A stretch of DNA of 64,000 bases from positions 12,135-76,134 of the forward strand of contig JBLNCG010000055.1 of assembly GCA_050260475.1 (NCBI GenBank), in the 5' to 3' direction. Source of the DNA: Bacillota bacterium. GTDB lineage: Bacteria > Bacillota > UBA4882 > JBLNCG01. This document shows, piece by piece, positions 50,104 through 60,298 of this stretch; the first letter of the stretch is position 1, and the number at the start of each line of letters is the position of its first letter. The notes under the pieces were generated by a model that did not search any database, had not been told where the DNA came from, and was given only the letters and a program-made list of their open reading frames with translations. The position numbers and the translations under genes were made by a program.

Positions 50104-51057
50104 TTATGGAACCGGTGATGGAATCAGGTATTTATAATAATGCGTGATATTTTCGGCTTTTTTTTCATTGGTCAATCCATAAGAAAAAGTGTTATCAACC
50201 TTATAAACATTTTTCATCGCCTCCCCTATCGCCGCCATATATGGAACATAAACCGGGCTTATAACGGCTTCATTCACCTTCCACCAGTTGCACAAATCGA
50301 ATTCAAACCAATTTAAAATGACAAATCCGGTAAAATGATATACAACCAACATATGGCCATCAATATATAACTCATTATTCCAGACATTGATCTTTGGGGC
50401 GGTTTGATTATGTCCAACATTCCACGGACCCACATTCACTCCCGAGTCTTTTGATACAGTCACGCTGGAGAATAATTCCGGCCATTTATCCAAATACTTT
50501 TGATCCGTCCACCGATCTCCGTCATGCCAGTGATAACACCATTCCAAGCATTTAGACCTCCACCATTCCAGGCATCGAGAAGCATTCAAATCTTTCTTGA
50601 AACCTATCAGCCCTGCCTGGTAGATGCCTGTGTCGATCCGCTTGTCGGCAAGCTTTTGTTCGCAGATAAAAATGGATCCCTCTCCCCATTGCTTAAAAAT
50701 CGTTACAGGATCTGCAAAAAAATATAAGTCCCCATCGATATAGATTATTGATTTTAAAAAATCGTAGTTTTTTAAAATATGCAGTACAAGCGGTGCCTTT
50801 AAAGTCCAACTATATTCGCTTGCTGTCCGAAACCCTTTTATGGCAAGAAGTTCATCATCTTCCATGCTTTCCAGGGATATAAGCGTGACAGCGTCCAGCC
50901 CCATCCCGTCCAGCAATCTTTTGGAAATATCATCCATACAGCATATCCAGAGGTGAAAATCGGCCGAGTGTTTTTTTAACGAATAATACAACGCCAAGCC
51001 TTTATATAAATATTCTTTGTCGATAATTGTACAAAAATGGTAACATTCTTTATCCAT
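50104..51057 (-). CDS. GT-A glycosyltransferase paralog 3
   Basis: FCTII...YLYKGL, EYSWTLK, YIDGD, WTDQKYLDKWP and YHFTGF motifs. Confidence 0.8.
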   Translation of the reverse strand: MDKECYHFCTIIDKEYLYKGLALYYSLKKHSADFHLWICCMDDISKRLLDGMGLDAVTLISLESMEDDELLAIKGFRTASEYSWTLKAPLVLHILKNYDFLKSIIYIDGDLYFFADPVTIFKQWGEGSIFICEQKLADKRIDTGIYQAGLIGFKKDLNASRCLEWWRSKCLEWCYHWHDGDRWTDQKYLDKWPELFSSVTVSKDSGVNVGPWNVGHNQTAPKINVWNNELYIDGHMLVVYHFTGFVILNWFEFDLCNWWKVNEAVISPVYVPYMAAIGEAMKNVYKVDNTFSYGLTNEKKAENITHYYKYLIPSPVP

Positions 51058-51958
51058 TGTTTTCTCCGCGATAAACGCAATCGATGGAATCCATTACCTC
51101 ATTGCACGCATGAATATATGGAAGATATATCAATCGCACATCCTGATCCGTGAAACATGTGGAATACGAGCATAAATCAAACTCGCGTTCATTATAGTAT
51201 TTGAATCCATAGTAGTGAAATAATATCAATCTGCTATCGCCAATATATATTCCATCATTTTTCCGATTGACGGAATAACCCAATTCCGTTCTTAAATAAT
51301 AAAGGATAAACGGCGTGACATTGATCCCTAAATTTCGCGCCACCCCCACGTTATTAAATCTTGATCTCCAGCCATTAACGTACATTTGATCGCTCCACAA
51401 TCCTTCTTCATGCCTGTCAAAACACCATTCGATCAATTTTTCCCTGAACCAGCGAAGGCACTCAAGCGCGTCCCTATCCCTTCTGAACCCCATAAAACCC
51501 GTATTATAGAACCCGTTCATTCTGCCAAGCCATTCATACTTGCCGTTAAATTTTTCCTCCGTAAGAAATATGGAATAATTGCTCCATTCATCGAATATCG
51601 GCCGGGGATCCGAAAAAAACGCAGTATCACCGTCCAGCCAGATAATATGGTCTATCGCGGGAAAGCTATCCAGCAAATATCTAAGCGTCGATGCTTTCGC
51701 GGTCCAAATAAATTCCTTGTCGCTGCGCGAATTTGCACTTCTTATATCTGCCAATTCAAAATCCTCATTTTCTATATCCCTTATGCTTATCAACGTTAAA
51801 TCTTCCAGCCGCATCTTTTCGAGCAGGTATTTTACTTCATCATGCAGGTATATAAGAAAGAAATGAAAATCCGGATCATATTTTTTTAATGAGTTATACA
51901 AGATCAATCCCTTATAAATATAATCCTTGCTATTGATGGAACAATAATTGTGACGCAT
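51050..51958 (-). CDS. GT-A glycosyltransferase paralog 2
   Basis: YCS..SKDYIYKGL, KEFIWTAK, WLDGD, WSDQMY and FHYYGF motifs. Confidence 0.8.
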   Translation of the reverse strand: MRHNYCSINSKDYIYKGLILYNSLKKYDPDFHFFLIYLHDEVKYLLEKMRLEDLTLISIRDIENEDFELADIRSANSRSDKEFIWTAKASTLRYLLDSFPAIDHIIWLDGDTAFFSDPRPIFDEWSNYSIFLTEEKFNGKYEWLGRMNGFYNTGFMGFRRDRDALECLRWFREKLIEWCFDRHEEGLWSDQMYVNGWRSRFNNVGVARNLGINVTPFILYYLRTELGYSVNRKNDGIYIGDSRLILFHYYGFKYYNEREFDLCSYSTCFTDQDVRLIYLPYIHACNEVMDSIDCVYRGENNG

Positions 51959-51998
51959 TTGATTAAACTCCCCGCTAAAGTTCGTTATATGCCGGTGA

Positions 51999-53555
51999 TT
52001 AAATCGTGATAATCTTCACACCCGAAAACATGTGCGGCCAATCGTCAATATATTTCCCTTCCTCCCATCCATCCTGTTCGACCCCGTCACAGTGCCATTC
52101 CAGACATTTTCCCCTCCACCACCACAAGAATTTAAATGCATTTTCATCACGCCTGAATCCTATTAAGCCAACCCGATTCATATCGTTTGTTGATTCCGTT
52201 TTATCACCGGATCCCCGCTGATATACAAAGATTGATCCATTTTCCCCATCGCCAGGCATCTTTGGGGGATCGGCGGCGGAAAAAACATCTGCATCCGCAT
52301 AAGCAAGATAATCTACGTAATAGTTACACCTCAGAATATGCAAAACCAGCGGCGCTTTCAATGCGCGGCAATATTCATATGGTTTCCGGGTATCTTTTAT
52401 GTTTAACAGTTCACCGTCTTCAATGTTTTGGGCATCTATCACTATTATACTCTCCAGTCCCATATCCGCCAGCATATCGTAAGTTACGTCATCCATGCAG
52501 CAGATCCAAAGGCGGAAATTTCTTGCATGTTTTCTTAATGAACAATATAATGCCAGCCCTTTTATCAGACGCTCGCTGTTGATAATCGCACAAATATTAT
52601 ATTTCCCTTTTTCCCTGTCTGGATTGTTTTCCAATCTAAAGTAATTCATGATGAATCCGCCTTTTGTACTTCGGCGGCGGTTGAATCCTTTATTAAATCG
52701 ATATATCAAATCAATTGCCTCATTGCATGCCTTAACATACGGAAGATATATCCATTGTAAAACATGATCGGCAATGTCATTGCCATGTGCGCACAAATCA
52801 TAATCAATTCCATTATAATATTTGAATCCGTAAAAATGGAATAATATCAATCTGTCGGCCCCGATGTAGATATCATCTTCCGCTCTGGCAACTGTTTTGT
52901 TTTGTATAATAAACAAGTTGGCGTTGATTCCAATGCTCCGTACAACGCCGACATTATCAAACCTGGCCGGCCAGTCGTTGACATACATCTGATCGCTCCA
53001 TTTGCCGCCTTCGGGTTTTTCAAAACACCATTCGATCAGTCTTTCCCTGAACCAATGAAGACAATTAAACGAATTTTCCCCTCTTTTAAACCCCATGAAG
53101 CCCGTATTATAAACTCCGTATATCTTGCTTAACCAATCATATTCCCCCGTATATTTCTCTTCTGTCAGAAGAATGGAATAATCACCCCACTCATCGAAGA
53201 TGGGTTGAGTATCCGAAAAAAAAGCCGTATCGCCGTCCAGCCATATGATATGATCCATTTCAGGAAAATGATCGAACAGATATAACAAGGCGGATGCCTT
53301 GCTGGTCCACACATATTCCTTATCGTTGCGCGCGGCCTTAATGCCTGCCAATTCCCGATCTTCATCTTCAACATCCTTCATACTTATTAATGTGGCATTG
53401 TTCAAATTCAATCTTTCCAACACGTTTTTCACTTCATCATGCAAACATATAAAGAAGAAATGAAAATTACGGTCATATTTCTTTAATGTATCATATAAGA
53501 CCAATCCCTTGTAAATATAATCCTTACTGTAGGTTGAGCAGTAATAATGCGCCAT
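51999..53555 (-). CDS. GT-A glycosyltransferase paralog 1 (full domain plus partial second domain)
   Basis: Domain 1 as in paralog 2; domain 2 has KGLALY.SL, EYC.ALK, YADAD, GLIGF and KYIDDWP. Confidence 0.8.
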   Translation of the reverse strand: MAHYYCSTYSKDYIYKGLVLYDTLKKYDRNFHFFFICLHDEVKNVLERLNLNNATLISMKDVEDEDRELAGIKAARNDKEYVWTSKASALLYLFDHFPEMDHIIWLDGDTAFFSDTQPIFDEWGDYSILLTEEKYTGEYDWLSKIYGVYNTGFMGFKRGENSFNCLHWFRERLIEWCFEKPEGGKWSDQMYVNDWPARFDNVGVVRSIGINANLFIIQNKTVARAEDDIYIGADRLILFHFYGFKYYNGIDYDLCAHGNDIADHVLQWIYLPYVKACNEAIDLIYRFNKGFNRRRSTKGGFIMNYFRLENNPDREKGKYNICAIINSERLIKGLALYCSLRKHARNFRLWICCMDDVTYDMLADMGLESIIVIDAQNIEDGELLNIKDTRKPYEYCRALKAPLVLHILRCNYYVDYLAYADADVFSAADPPKMPGDGENGSIFVYQRGSGDKTESTNDMNRVGLIGFRRDENAFKFLWWWRGKCLEWHCDGVEQDGWEEGKYIDDWPHMFSGVKIITI

Positions 53556-53592
53556 GATATTAATTCTCCTTAATCAATAAACGCAATGATCA

Positions 53593-54534
53593 TCAACGCA
53601 TCAGCGTCATTTGCTTCTTAAAATATTCAATTGTTTTGCTTAAACCTTGCTCCAGTTTAATTTTTGGTTCCCAACACAGAAATTCTTTTGCCTTTTTGAT
53701 GCAAGGCCTTCTCTTAACCGGATCATCTTGCGGAAGGGGTTTATAAACAACAGGCGACGTACTTCGAGTCAGAACCAGTATTTTTTGCGCCAGCTCAAAC
53801 ACGGGGCATTCTTCATCATTGCCCAGATTCACGGGGCCGGTAAGGGAGTCCTGTTCCATCATTTTTACCAGCCCTTCAACCAGATCATCGATATAGCAAA
53901 AACTTCTTGTCTGGGCTCCATCTCCATATATTTCAAGAGGTTCCCCTTTCAGCGCCCTTGTAATAAAATTGCTGACAACTCTTCCGTCATCCTGATCCAT
54001 GTAGGGTCCATAAGTATTAAAGATTCTGACTATTCGGACAGGGGTATGGTATAACCTGTGATAATCCATGAAGAGCGTCTCAGCGGCTCTTTTGCCCTCG
54101 TCATAGCATGATCTGATCCCCGTGCAATTCACATTGCCCCTGTATTCTTCCGTTTGCGGGTGTATTTCCGGGTCCCCGTAAACTTCAGAAGTTGATGCCT
54201 GCAGTATGCGGGCGTTTGATCCTTTTGCCAGATTCAATAGTTTTAACGAACCAAGTATGTTTGTCTTAAGGGTATAAACCGGATCTTTCTGATATTGCTT
54301 GGGTGACGCAGGACAGGCAAGATTATAAATTCTCTCGACGCCGATTTCTTTATCCAGTTGAGTTATATCTTCCTTAAAAAATGTAAACTTTTGTTGAGCC
54401 AACAATTGCTTGATATTTTCTAAATTTCCGGTATATAGATTATCAACACAAAATACCGAGTGCCCTTCACCAATCAGCTTCATGCACAGGTTTGTTCCTA
54501 TAAAGCCTGCCCCCCCCGCGACGAGAATTCTCAT
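53593..54534 (-). CDS. UDP-glucuronic acid decarboxylase (UDP-xylose synthase)
   Basis: GGAGFIG, NLACPASP, ASTSEVYGDP, RSCYDEGKR, RIFNTYGP and DGRVVSNF motifs; start at ATG 54534. Confidence 0.9.
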   Translation of the reverse strand: MRILVAGGAGFIGTNLCMKLIGEGHSVFCVDNLYTGNLENIKQLLAQQKFTFFKEDITQLDKEIGVERIYNLACPASPKQYQKDPVYTLKTNILGSLKLLNLAKGSNARILQASTSEVYGDPEIHPQTEEYRGNVNCTGIRSCYDEGKRAAETLFMDYHRLYHTPVRIVRIFNTYGPYMDQDDGRVVSNFITRALKGEPLEIYGDGAQTRSFCYIDDLVEGLVKMMEQDSLTGPVNLGNDEECPVFELAQKILVLTRSTSPVVYKPLPQDDPVKRRPCIKKAKEFLCWEPKIKLEQGLSKTIEYFKKQMTLMR

Positions 54535-54550
54535 GGCTTTCCTCGCTATT

Positions 54551-55888
54551 TTATATGCCGGGCCGGTGATTGGACCTCTCGATTTGCCGTCCAATCCGAC
54601 CCCTGCCCACCGAGATATATTTAAAACCTAACCGTATCATGTCTTCAGCATCGAATATATTTCTGCCGTCAATAATAATGGGCGTTTTCATGCGGCGCTT
54701 CAGTACGCTCAAATCCATATGAATGAATTCATCCCATTCCGTGACGATTACCGATGCATCAACCCCATTGCAGGTTTCGTATAAATCATCACAATACTCG
54801 ATATCAGGCTGAATTTCTCTGGCGTTATTAATAGCCTTGGGATCATAAGCTTTAAGGCGTATCCCTTTCGCCATCAACTTTTCAATGATATACAAAGACG
54901 GCGCTTGCCTGACATCATCGGTGTTGGGTTTAAATGCTAATCCCAGTACCGCTATAAGCGGAGCCTCCACTCCGTGAACGCTGTTTGCAATTTTTTCCAC
55001 CATCAGTTCCTTCTGATTTTCATTTACCCGTATCACTGCGTCGAGCAATATAAGGTCATGGCCCGCATCTTTGGCCGTGATTGTCAAGGATTTTACATCC
55101 TTTGGCAGACAGGAGCCGCCATAACCCAAGCCGGCCTTTAAAAAATTCATGCCGATTCTTTTATCAGCTCCCATACCCCTGGCGACTTCATCGATATCCG
55201 CGCCGACTTTTTCGCATAAATTGGCTATTTCATTAATAAAAGATATTTTTGTGGCTAAAAAAGCATTGGAGGCATATTTAATCATTTCCGCGCTGGCGAT
55301 ATCGGTAATATAAACGGGTATATCAAACGGCGCATATACGGTTTTCATAATCGCTGCAGCCTTTTTATCCTCAACGCCCAGTATAATCCTGTCGCCTTCG
55401 AAGATATCCTGGATCGCCGACCCTTCTTTCAAAAACTCAGGATTTGACACTACCGAAAACGGGACATCCTTTTTTTTATTTTGTTGAATAATCTCCTTTA
55501 CTTTCATACCGGCGCCTACCGGAACCGTACTTTTATTTACAACGACCTTATATCCGTTCAGCGCATCCGCAATATCATGCGCCGCTTGAAAAACGAAAGA
55601 AAGATCGGTTCCGCCGTCTTCATGCGGCGGCGTGCCAACCGCAATAAAAATAACAGAGGAATCTTGTATCGCCTGTTTTGCGCCGCATGTAAACTTCAGT
55701 CTTTTTTTCTCCATATTTTCCCTGATTAATTCTTCCAGCCCCGGTTCATATATTGCGACTTCTCCCCGATTAAGCTGTTCGATCTTAACCGGATCAATAT
55801 CTATACATATTACATCATGACCGGCGGCCGCAAGGGCGGTTCCCGTAACTAGCCCGACATAGCCCGTACCAATCATGCATATATTCAT
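54551..55888 (-). CDS. ugd: UDP-glucose 6-dehydrogenase
   Basis: GTGYVGL, KSTVPVG, NPEFLKEG, KYASNAFLA and GYGGSCLPKD motifs; start at ATG 55888. Confidence 0.92.
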   Translation of the reverse strand: MNICMIGTGYVGLVTGTALAAAGHDVICIDIDPVKIEQLNRGEVAIYEPGLEELIRENMEKKRLKFTCGAKQAIQDSSVIFIAVGTPPHEDGGTDLSFVFQAAHDIADALNGYKVVVNKSTVPVGAGMKVKEIIQQNKKKDVPFSVVSNPEFLKEGSAIQDIFEGDRIILGVEDKKAAAIMKTVYAPFDIPVYITDIASAEMIKYASNAFLATKISFINEIANLCEKVGADIDEVARGMGADKRIGMNFLKAGLGYGGSCLPKDVKSLTITAKDAGHDLILLDAVIRVNENQKELMVEKIANSVHGVEAPLIAVLGLAFKPNTDDVRQAPSLYIIEKLMAKGIRLKAYDPKAINNAREIQPDIEYCDDLYETCNGVDASVIVTEWDEFIHMDLSVLKRRMKTPIIIDGRNIFDAEDMIRLGFKYISVGRGRIGRQIERSNHRPGI

Positions 55889-55988
55889 CCGTAGCCCTCG
55901 CATATCAATAATTTCAATAATATACGATATGTTTGTCATGGCAGATTGCTATTGCCGGTTGCATAAAATACATTAGGCATTTTATAAG

Positions 55989-56108
55989 AAGGCAATTGCG
56001 TTGTTACCTTAATTCAAGGTCTTGCCGCTAAATATCATGTACGGTTACCATTAGGCTATCGATATTTAGCGGCAAGATGTAAAATCATCATAACAACGCA
56101 AATTGCTC
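55989..56108 (+). mobile_element. Palindromic MITE-like element, copy 8
   Basis: Full-length, near-consensus; no clear TSD; ends 14 bp before the rnpB -35 box. Confidence 0.85.
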
Positions 56109-56122
56109 TCGCGCCATTTTTC

Positions 56123-56152
56123 TTGACATACCCCTTGATTATATGTTATTAT
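56123..56152 (+). promoter_or_regulatory. SigA promoter of rnpB
   Basis: TTGACA-N18-TATTAT with an extended TG. Confidence 0.65.
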
Positions 56153-56176
56153 TTTCTTTGCTGATCATTGATAAAA

Positions 56177-56544
56177 AGCAAGTGATCCGGGTAACCGCGG
56201 AAGCGATTCCGAGGAAAGTCCGAGCTCCGCAGGGCAGGATGCTGGGTAACGCCCAGTGAGGGTGACCTTAAGGAAAGTGCCACAGAAAAGGAAACGCTGA
56301 AGCCGTGTCGCCTTGCAGCGCATGGCATTGCAAAGCTGAAAAGGTGCGGTAAGAGCGCACCAGCGGGCGGAGAACCGCCCGGCTTGGTAAACCCCATCCG
56401 GAGCAAGACCAAATAGGGGAGATATGGAGTTGCCCGCTCTTCTCCCGGGTAAGGTCGCTGGAGGCTGCAGGCAACCGCAGTCCAAGAGAAATGGTTACCG
56501 CCCCTTAAAGGGGGTACAGAACTCGGCTTACAGGATCACTTGCT
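56177..56544 (+). ncRNA. rnpB: RNase P RNA (type A-like)
   Basis: GAGGAAAGTCC, AGTGCCACAGAAA, GGTAAACCCC, GAGCAAG and ACAGAACTCGGCTTA motifs; P1 stem AGCAAGTGATCC/GGATCACTTGCT. Confidence 0.97.
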
Positions 56545-56613
56545 AAAATCAGTTATCAGTAAACACTCAACTTTCGCACTTTGATTTTACTGATCGCTGT
56601 TCACTGAAAAAGT

Positions 56614-56689
<76 letters not shown>

Positions 56690-56701
56690 TTAGAAAACAT
56701 T

Positions 56702-56729
56702 GGCTCGCCAGAGGCGAGCTTTTTGTTTT
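56702..56729 (+). terminator. Intrinsic terminator after tRNA-Ala
   Basis: GCTCGCC-aga-GGCGAGC followed by TTTTTGTTTT. Confidence 0.75.
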
Positions 56730-56775
56730 CTTAAGTGTGAAGGTGAAGTATGAAATTGTTAGCGGGGTATGAAAG

Positions 56776-56928
56776 ATGCAAACGATTGGCCGGAAATTTC
56801 AATTTGCTTTGGGAATTGTGAATCTGCGCCGATCACTGGATGAGAAACCGGGCGTTTCCCGGATGCTTGCAAACCAGTTCAACATTATTCCAATCGAGAT
56901 TCCGATAACGTATGTTCTAAAAGCCTGA
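56776..56928 (+). pseudogene. Remnant of a four-helix-bundle (23S rRNA IVS-type) protein
   Basis: RKFQFALGIVNL..SLDEKPGVSRMLANQ, diverging just where the conserved LLRSGTSIGAN segment should follow. Confidence 0.6.
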
Positions 56929-57175
56929 ACCCATTCGCAAGCAGGTACGACCCTCTCTATTCCCCCGGATATCCGGGAGAAACATCGGATTTAAAGGCGG
57001 GATAAAATCAGTACCCTTTATGCGGTTTTTTGCTTGTGAGAGACATAAGACTCAAAGCCCGCAAGTAAAATTGCAGGCTTTGATTTTAAGGCCGGCGCGA
57101 AAAAGCCGACCCTACTTTTATGAAATCGGCTGCGCGTCTGGCGGTGAAGAGGAACGGGGCTGCTTTTTTCAGAAT

Positions 57176-57574
57176 TTAAAAATAAAATCTTCTCCTGCGC
57201 AGTAATTCATTTAGAATGATAATCCCTATCAGATCTCTCCGGAATCTTCTCCGGCGTTCGCGACGGTCGTGACGGCGGTCGCGCTCCCGATCCCGGTCCC
57301 GATCGTGGTCATCATAATAACCGACTGGGCCTTGCGCCGCCATATCCGCTGAGACCCCAGCAGCGGTTTCATCCTCTTCCTCCATATCCGGGATCATTCC
57401 GCCTAAATCAGTGTATACCCTGTCTAGCATCATTTCATACATCTGCTGGGTGGGATAGGAAACGGACATGTCGTCCATTTCCGCGATAATCCGCTCTACC
57501 AGCGGCCGTACTTGATAGTAATAGCTGTCGGGATACCGGGCGGGTTTCATCAGATTGGGATTTACTGACAACAT
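57176..57574 (-). CDS. Acidic/Arg-rich putative spore coat protein
   Basis: YP..Y..V.P.V, YPT......M.D.VY and RDLIGIIILNELLRRRR motifs; start at ATG 57574 behind GGAGGT; SigK-type promoter GCAC-N16-CATAGAATA at 57601-57629. Confidence 0.7.
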   Translation of the reverse strand: MLSVNPNLMKPARYPDSYYYQVRPLVERIIAEMDDMSVSYPTQQMYEMMLDRVYTDLGGMIPDMEEEDETAAGVSADMAAQGPVGYYDDHDRDRDRERDRRHDRRERRRRFRRDLIGIIILNELLRRRRFYF

Positions 57575-57805
57575 TGTTACCTCCATAAATTCTTTACCAG
57601 TATTCTATGAATAAATTGCGGTTTAGTGCATTAATCACGGATGTATTCTCCACTTTTATGATTGATGTGACTTTGCTGCCGGGCTAAATTGACATGCCAA
57701 AGTCGAGTAAATATAATATGGGTTCTCTTTTTAAACATAAAAAAAGCATATATCCTATTAGACCTGGGCCAGTCTTCTACATGAATATATGCCGGCTTTT
57801 AGATA

Positions 57806-57925
57806 GAGCAATTTGCGTTGTTATGATAATTTTACGTCTTGCCACTAAAAATCGATAGCCTAATGGTTGCCATACACTATATTTAGTGGCAGGCCTTAGC
57901 ATTTAGGAAACAATGCAATTGCCTC
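57806..57925 (-). mobile_element. Palindromic MITE-like element, copy 9
   Basis: Full-length; flanks agata/agatt. Confidence 0.85.
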
Positions 57926-58030
57926 AGATTAAAATGCATATAGCGTTCCCGCTATAAGAAAATCAACTTAATGTAACATATGAAAGATTATACAACGGCA
58001 ACCAACACTTCATCCTTCACTTTTCAAACT

Positions 58031-58726
58031 TTATCTCACCAGCAGCCTCCCGCAGTTCTCGCAGTAAATCATCTCCCTGTCCTTTATCCCGTTCATGAAC
58101 CGCGTCGACACTTCCACACGACATCCGGTGCAAAGGTTATTCTCAAGGCGCACCACGCCTTTGCCCCCGAATTGTTTGTACAGGTTTTGAAACAGCTTTT
58201 GCTGCTCCTCCGGCAGCGTAAGCCAGAGCGCGTTGAACTCGTCCTCCGCTTTTTCCAATTCCGGCTCCAGCGCTTTCAATTCTTTCTGCAATTTGCCTCT
58301 GAACGAATCGATCTCCGCTTCCTCCCTGGCGATATCCCGCCCGAGCGCTTCGATTTTTCCGCTTATTTCCTCCGTTCCCTCCATGAGCGCCAACATCTCA
58401 TCCTCAAGCCGGACTTGCCGGTGCTTATACTCCTGTAATTTTTGCTCCATCTGCGACAACTCTTTGGCCTGCCCTATGGAACCGCCGTAAATCTTTTTTT
58501 CGAGTTCCTTCTGATGCAGACGGTTCAACTCCAACTCCGCTTCCAACTGCCGGCGCCGTTTGAGATTTTCCGCAAGACGCCCGGAAAGCTCCGCGTATTC
58601 TTTCCGGGAAGAAGCCGCGGGTTCCAACGCCGCCAATTTCTTCCGGCGGTTTTTAATATCCTGGCGATGGCGGGCCAGCCGTTCATAGATATGCTGTATA
58701 TCCCACAAAATACGGGCGTAGTCCAT
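58031..58726 (-). CDS. Coiled-coil protein with C4-type zinc ribbon (DUF164-like)
   Basis: Long coiled coil followed by CTGC...CENCGRLL; lies downstream of Nif3. Confidence 0.85.
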   Translation of the reverse strand: MDYARILWDIQHIYERLARHRQDIKNRRKKLAALEPAASSRKEYAELSGRLAENLKRRRQLEAELELNRLHQKELEKKIYGGSIGQAKELSQMEQKLQEYKHRQVRLEDEMLALMEGTEEISGKIEALGRDIAREEAEIDSFRGKLQKELKALEPELEKAEDEFNALWLTLPEEQQKLFQNLYKQFGGKGVVRLENNLCTGCRVEVSTRFMNGIKDREMIYCENCGRLLVR

Positions 58727-58911
58727 CAGCTCCTGGTTGCCCCCAGCAAATCCTTATACGTATCTATATCCATGCCAACTTCCGTCCGCTTGGTGGCGAG
58801 ATCCGATCCTTTATTGCGCGCACATTCCACACACCGCTTGGTTTCGGGCAGTACTTTCAACCGTTCTTCCGCGATCGGCTTTTGACAAATCTCACACAAC
58901 CTCATAACCAT
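58726..58911 (-). CDS. TraR/DksA C4-type zinc finger protein
   Basis: CEICQKPIAEERLKVLP....CVECA. Confidence 0.85.
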   Translation of the reverse strand: MVMRLCEICQKPIAEERLKVLPETKRCVECARNKGSDLATKRTEVGMDIDTYKDLLGATRS

Positions 58912-58944
58912 GCCCCCTTGTAAGCGGTTATAAGCCGCTTTATT

Positions 58945-60057
58945 CTACCGTACTAAAGAACCGGTGGATGAACTCCATAAAGGCTCCACCGCCGCTTCGA
59001 AAACCCGCAGGCCCTGGAATCTTTCCCGCAGTAAAGACGCAACCTGCGGAACAAACCACTTTTCCAGCCCGCCGTGGCCCGCATCGATGAGCGATAATCC
59101 CAGGGCTTCGGCCTTCAACCAATCGTGATGGGTAACATCGCCGGTAATCAGAACATCCGCACCGGCTTTAACAGTCCTAAGGATCAGGCCTCCTCCTTTT
59201 CCGCCGCATACGGCGACTTTTTTTATATGCGAACCGCACTGCTTCCATCTTAACTCGGAAAGCTGAAGCTTTGTGCGGCAAAAATCCAGAAAACTACTCC
59301 AAGCCATTCTTTTTTCCAGTTCCCCCACCCGTCCGAGACCGTGCTGAATCCCCGGATTCGCCAAAGGATAAAGATCGTACGCCACCTCCTCATAGGGGTG
59401 GGCGGCGCGCATCGCATTTAAGGCCGGGCTTATCTGCGCCTCCTTTAAAATCGTCTCCAGACGGTATTCCCGGGCCTTTTCCAATCTGCCCTCCCGCCCG
59501 ATGAAAGGTTTTGTCCCTGCAAGCGGCAAGAATGTTCCCGTACCTTCGGTTTGGAAGGTGCAAAAAGAATAGTTTCCTATCCATCCCGCTCCCGCCCGGC
59601 ACAAAGACTCGCGCACCTTGTCCTCGTACCCCCGCGGCACAAAGACAACAAGCTTGAAAAGCTTTTCCTCCTTCAGGTCCAGCGCCTGAACATTCCGCAG
59701 GGATAAAAGCTCGGCCAGATGCCCGTTTAAACCCCTTTGCGCGCAATCCCAGTTGGTATGAAGGCAAATAAGGTTAAGGTCGCGTTTGCAGATATCGGCC
59801 ACCAGGCGCCCCTCGGGTTCGGTGCCTATTATGGCGGACATCGGTTGATAAATCAAGGGATGATGCGTGACAATCAACCGGCATTCCAGCCTCACCGCCT
59901 CGGTAATGATCCGCCCGGTCAGGTCAAGCGCTACTATCACGCCCGGAACATCTCCGCCGGATAAGGCGATTTGCAGACCGGGTTTTTCAGGTCCATCCGC
60001 GCACCACCCTGGGGCAATGCTGAGAAGATAAGACTCTATTTCCTGCGGATTCGGCAA
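58945..60057 (-). CDS. Nif3-like dinuclear metal center protein (YqfO)
   Basis: THHP, HTNWD, KLVVFVP, AHPYEEVAYD, TGDV.HH and DAGH motifs. Confidence 0.92.
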   Translation of the reverse strand: MPNPQEIESYLLSIAPGWCADGPEKPGLQIALSGGDVPGVIVALDLTGRIITEAVRLECRLIVTHHPLIYQPMSAIIGTEPEGRLVADICKRDLNLICLHTNWDCAQRGLNGHLAELLSLRNVQALDLKEEKLFKLVVFVPRGYEDKVRESLCRAGAGWIGNYSFCTFQTEGTGTFLPLAGTKPFIGREGRLEKAREYRLETILKEAQISPALNAMRAAHPYEEVAYDLYPLANPGIQHGLGRVGELEKRMAWSSFLDFCRTKLQLSELRWKQCGSHIKKVAVCGGKGGGLILRTVKAGADVLITGDVTHHDWLKAEALGLSLIDAGHGGLEKWFVPQVASLLRERFQGLRVFEAAVEPLWSSSTGSLVR

Positions 60058-60298
60058 AACATTATCCCCCCGGAGGAATTAACTGCCGATATTTTATATC
60101 AAGCCCAGGCATCTCCGCTGATAATTCTGCACAGGCATGATTTTTCCTGCAGAGAGCCGGCCCGCAAAAATAAAGGGACGTCCGGGGAAAAACCGTTTTT
60201 ACCTGGGAGACTATACGAAAAAATTTTCAGAGAATTGTCGGATCCGATATGGGGGAGGATTAAAATAATAAAACCGGCTTTGTCGCCGGGTAAAAACA

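Noticed and set aside
56149-56485. Minus-strand ORFs over rnpB
   Set aside because: They are antisense to RNase P RNA.
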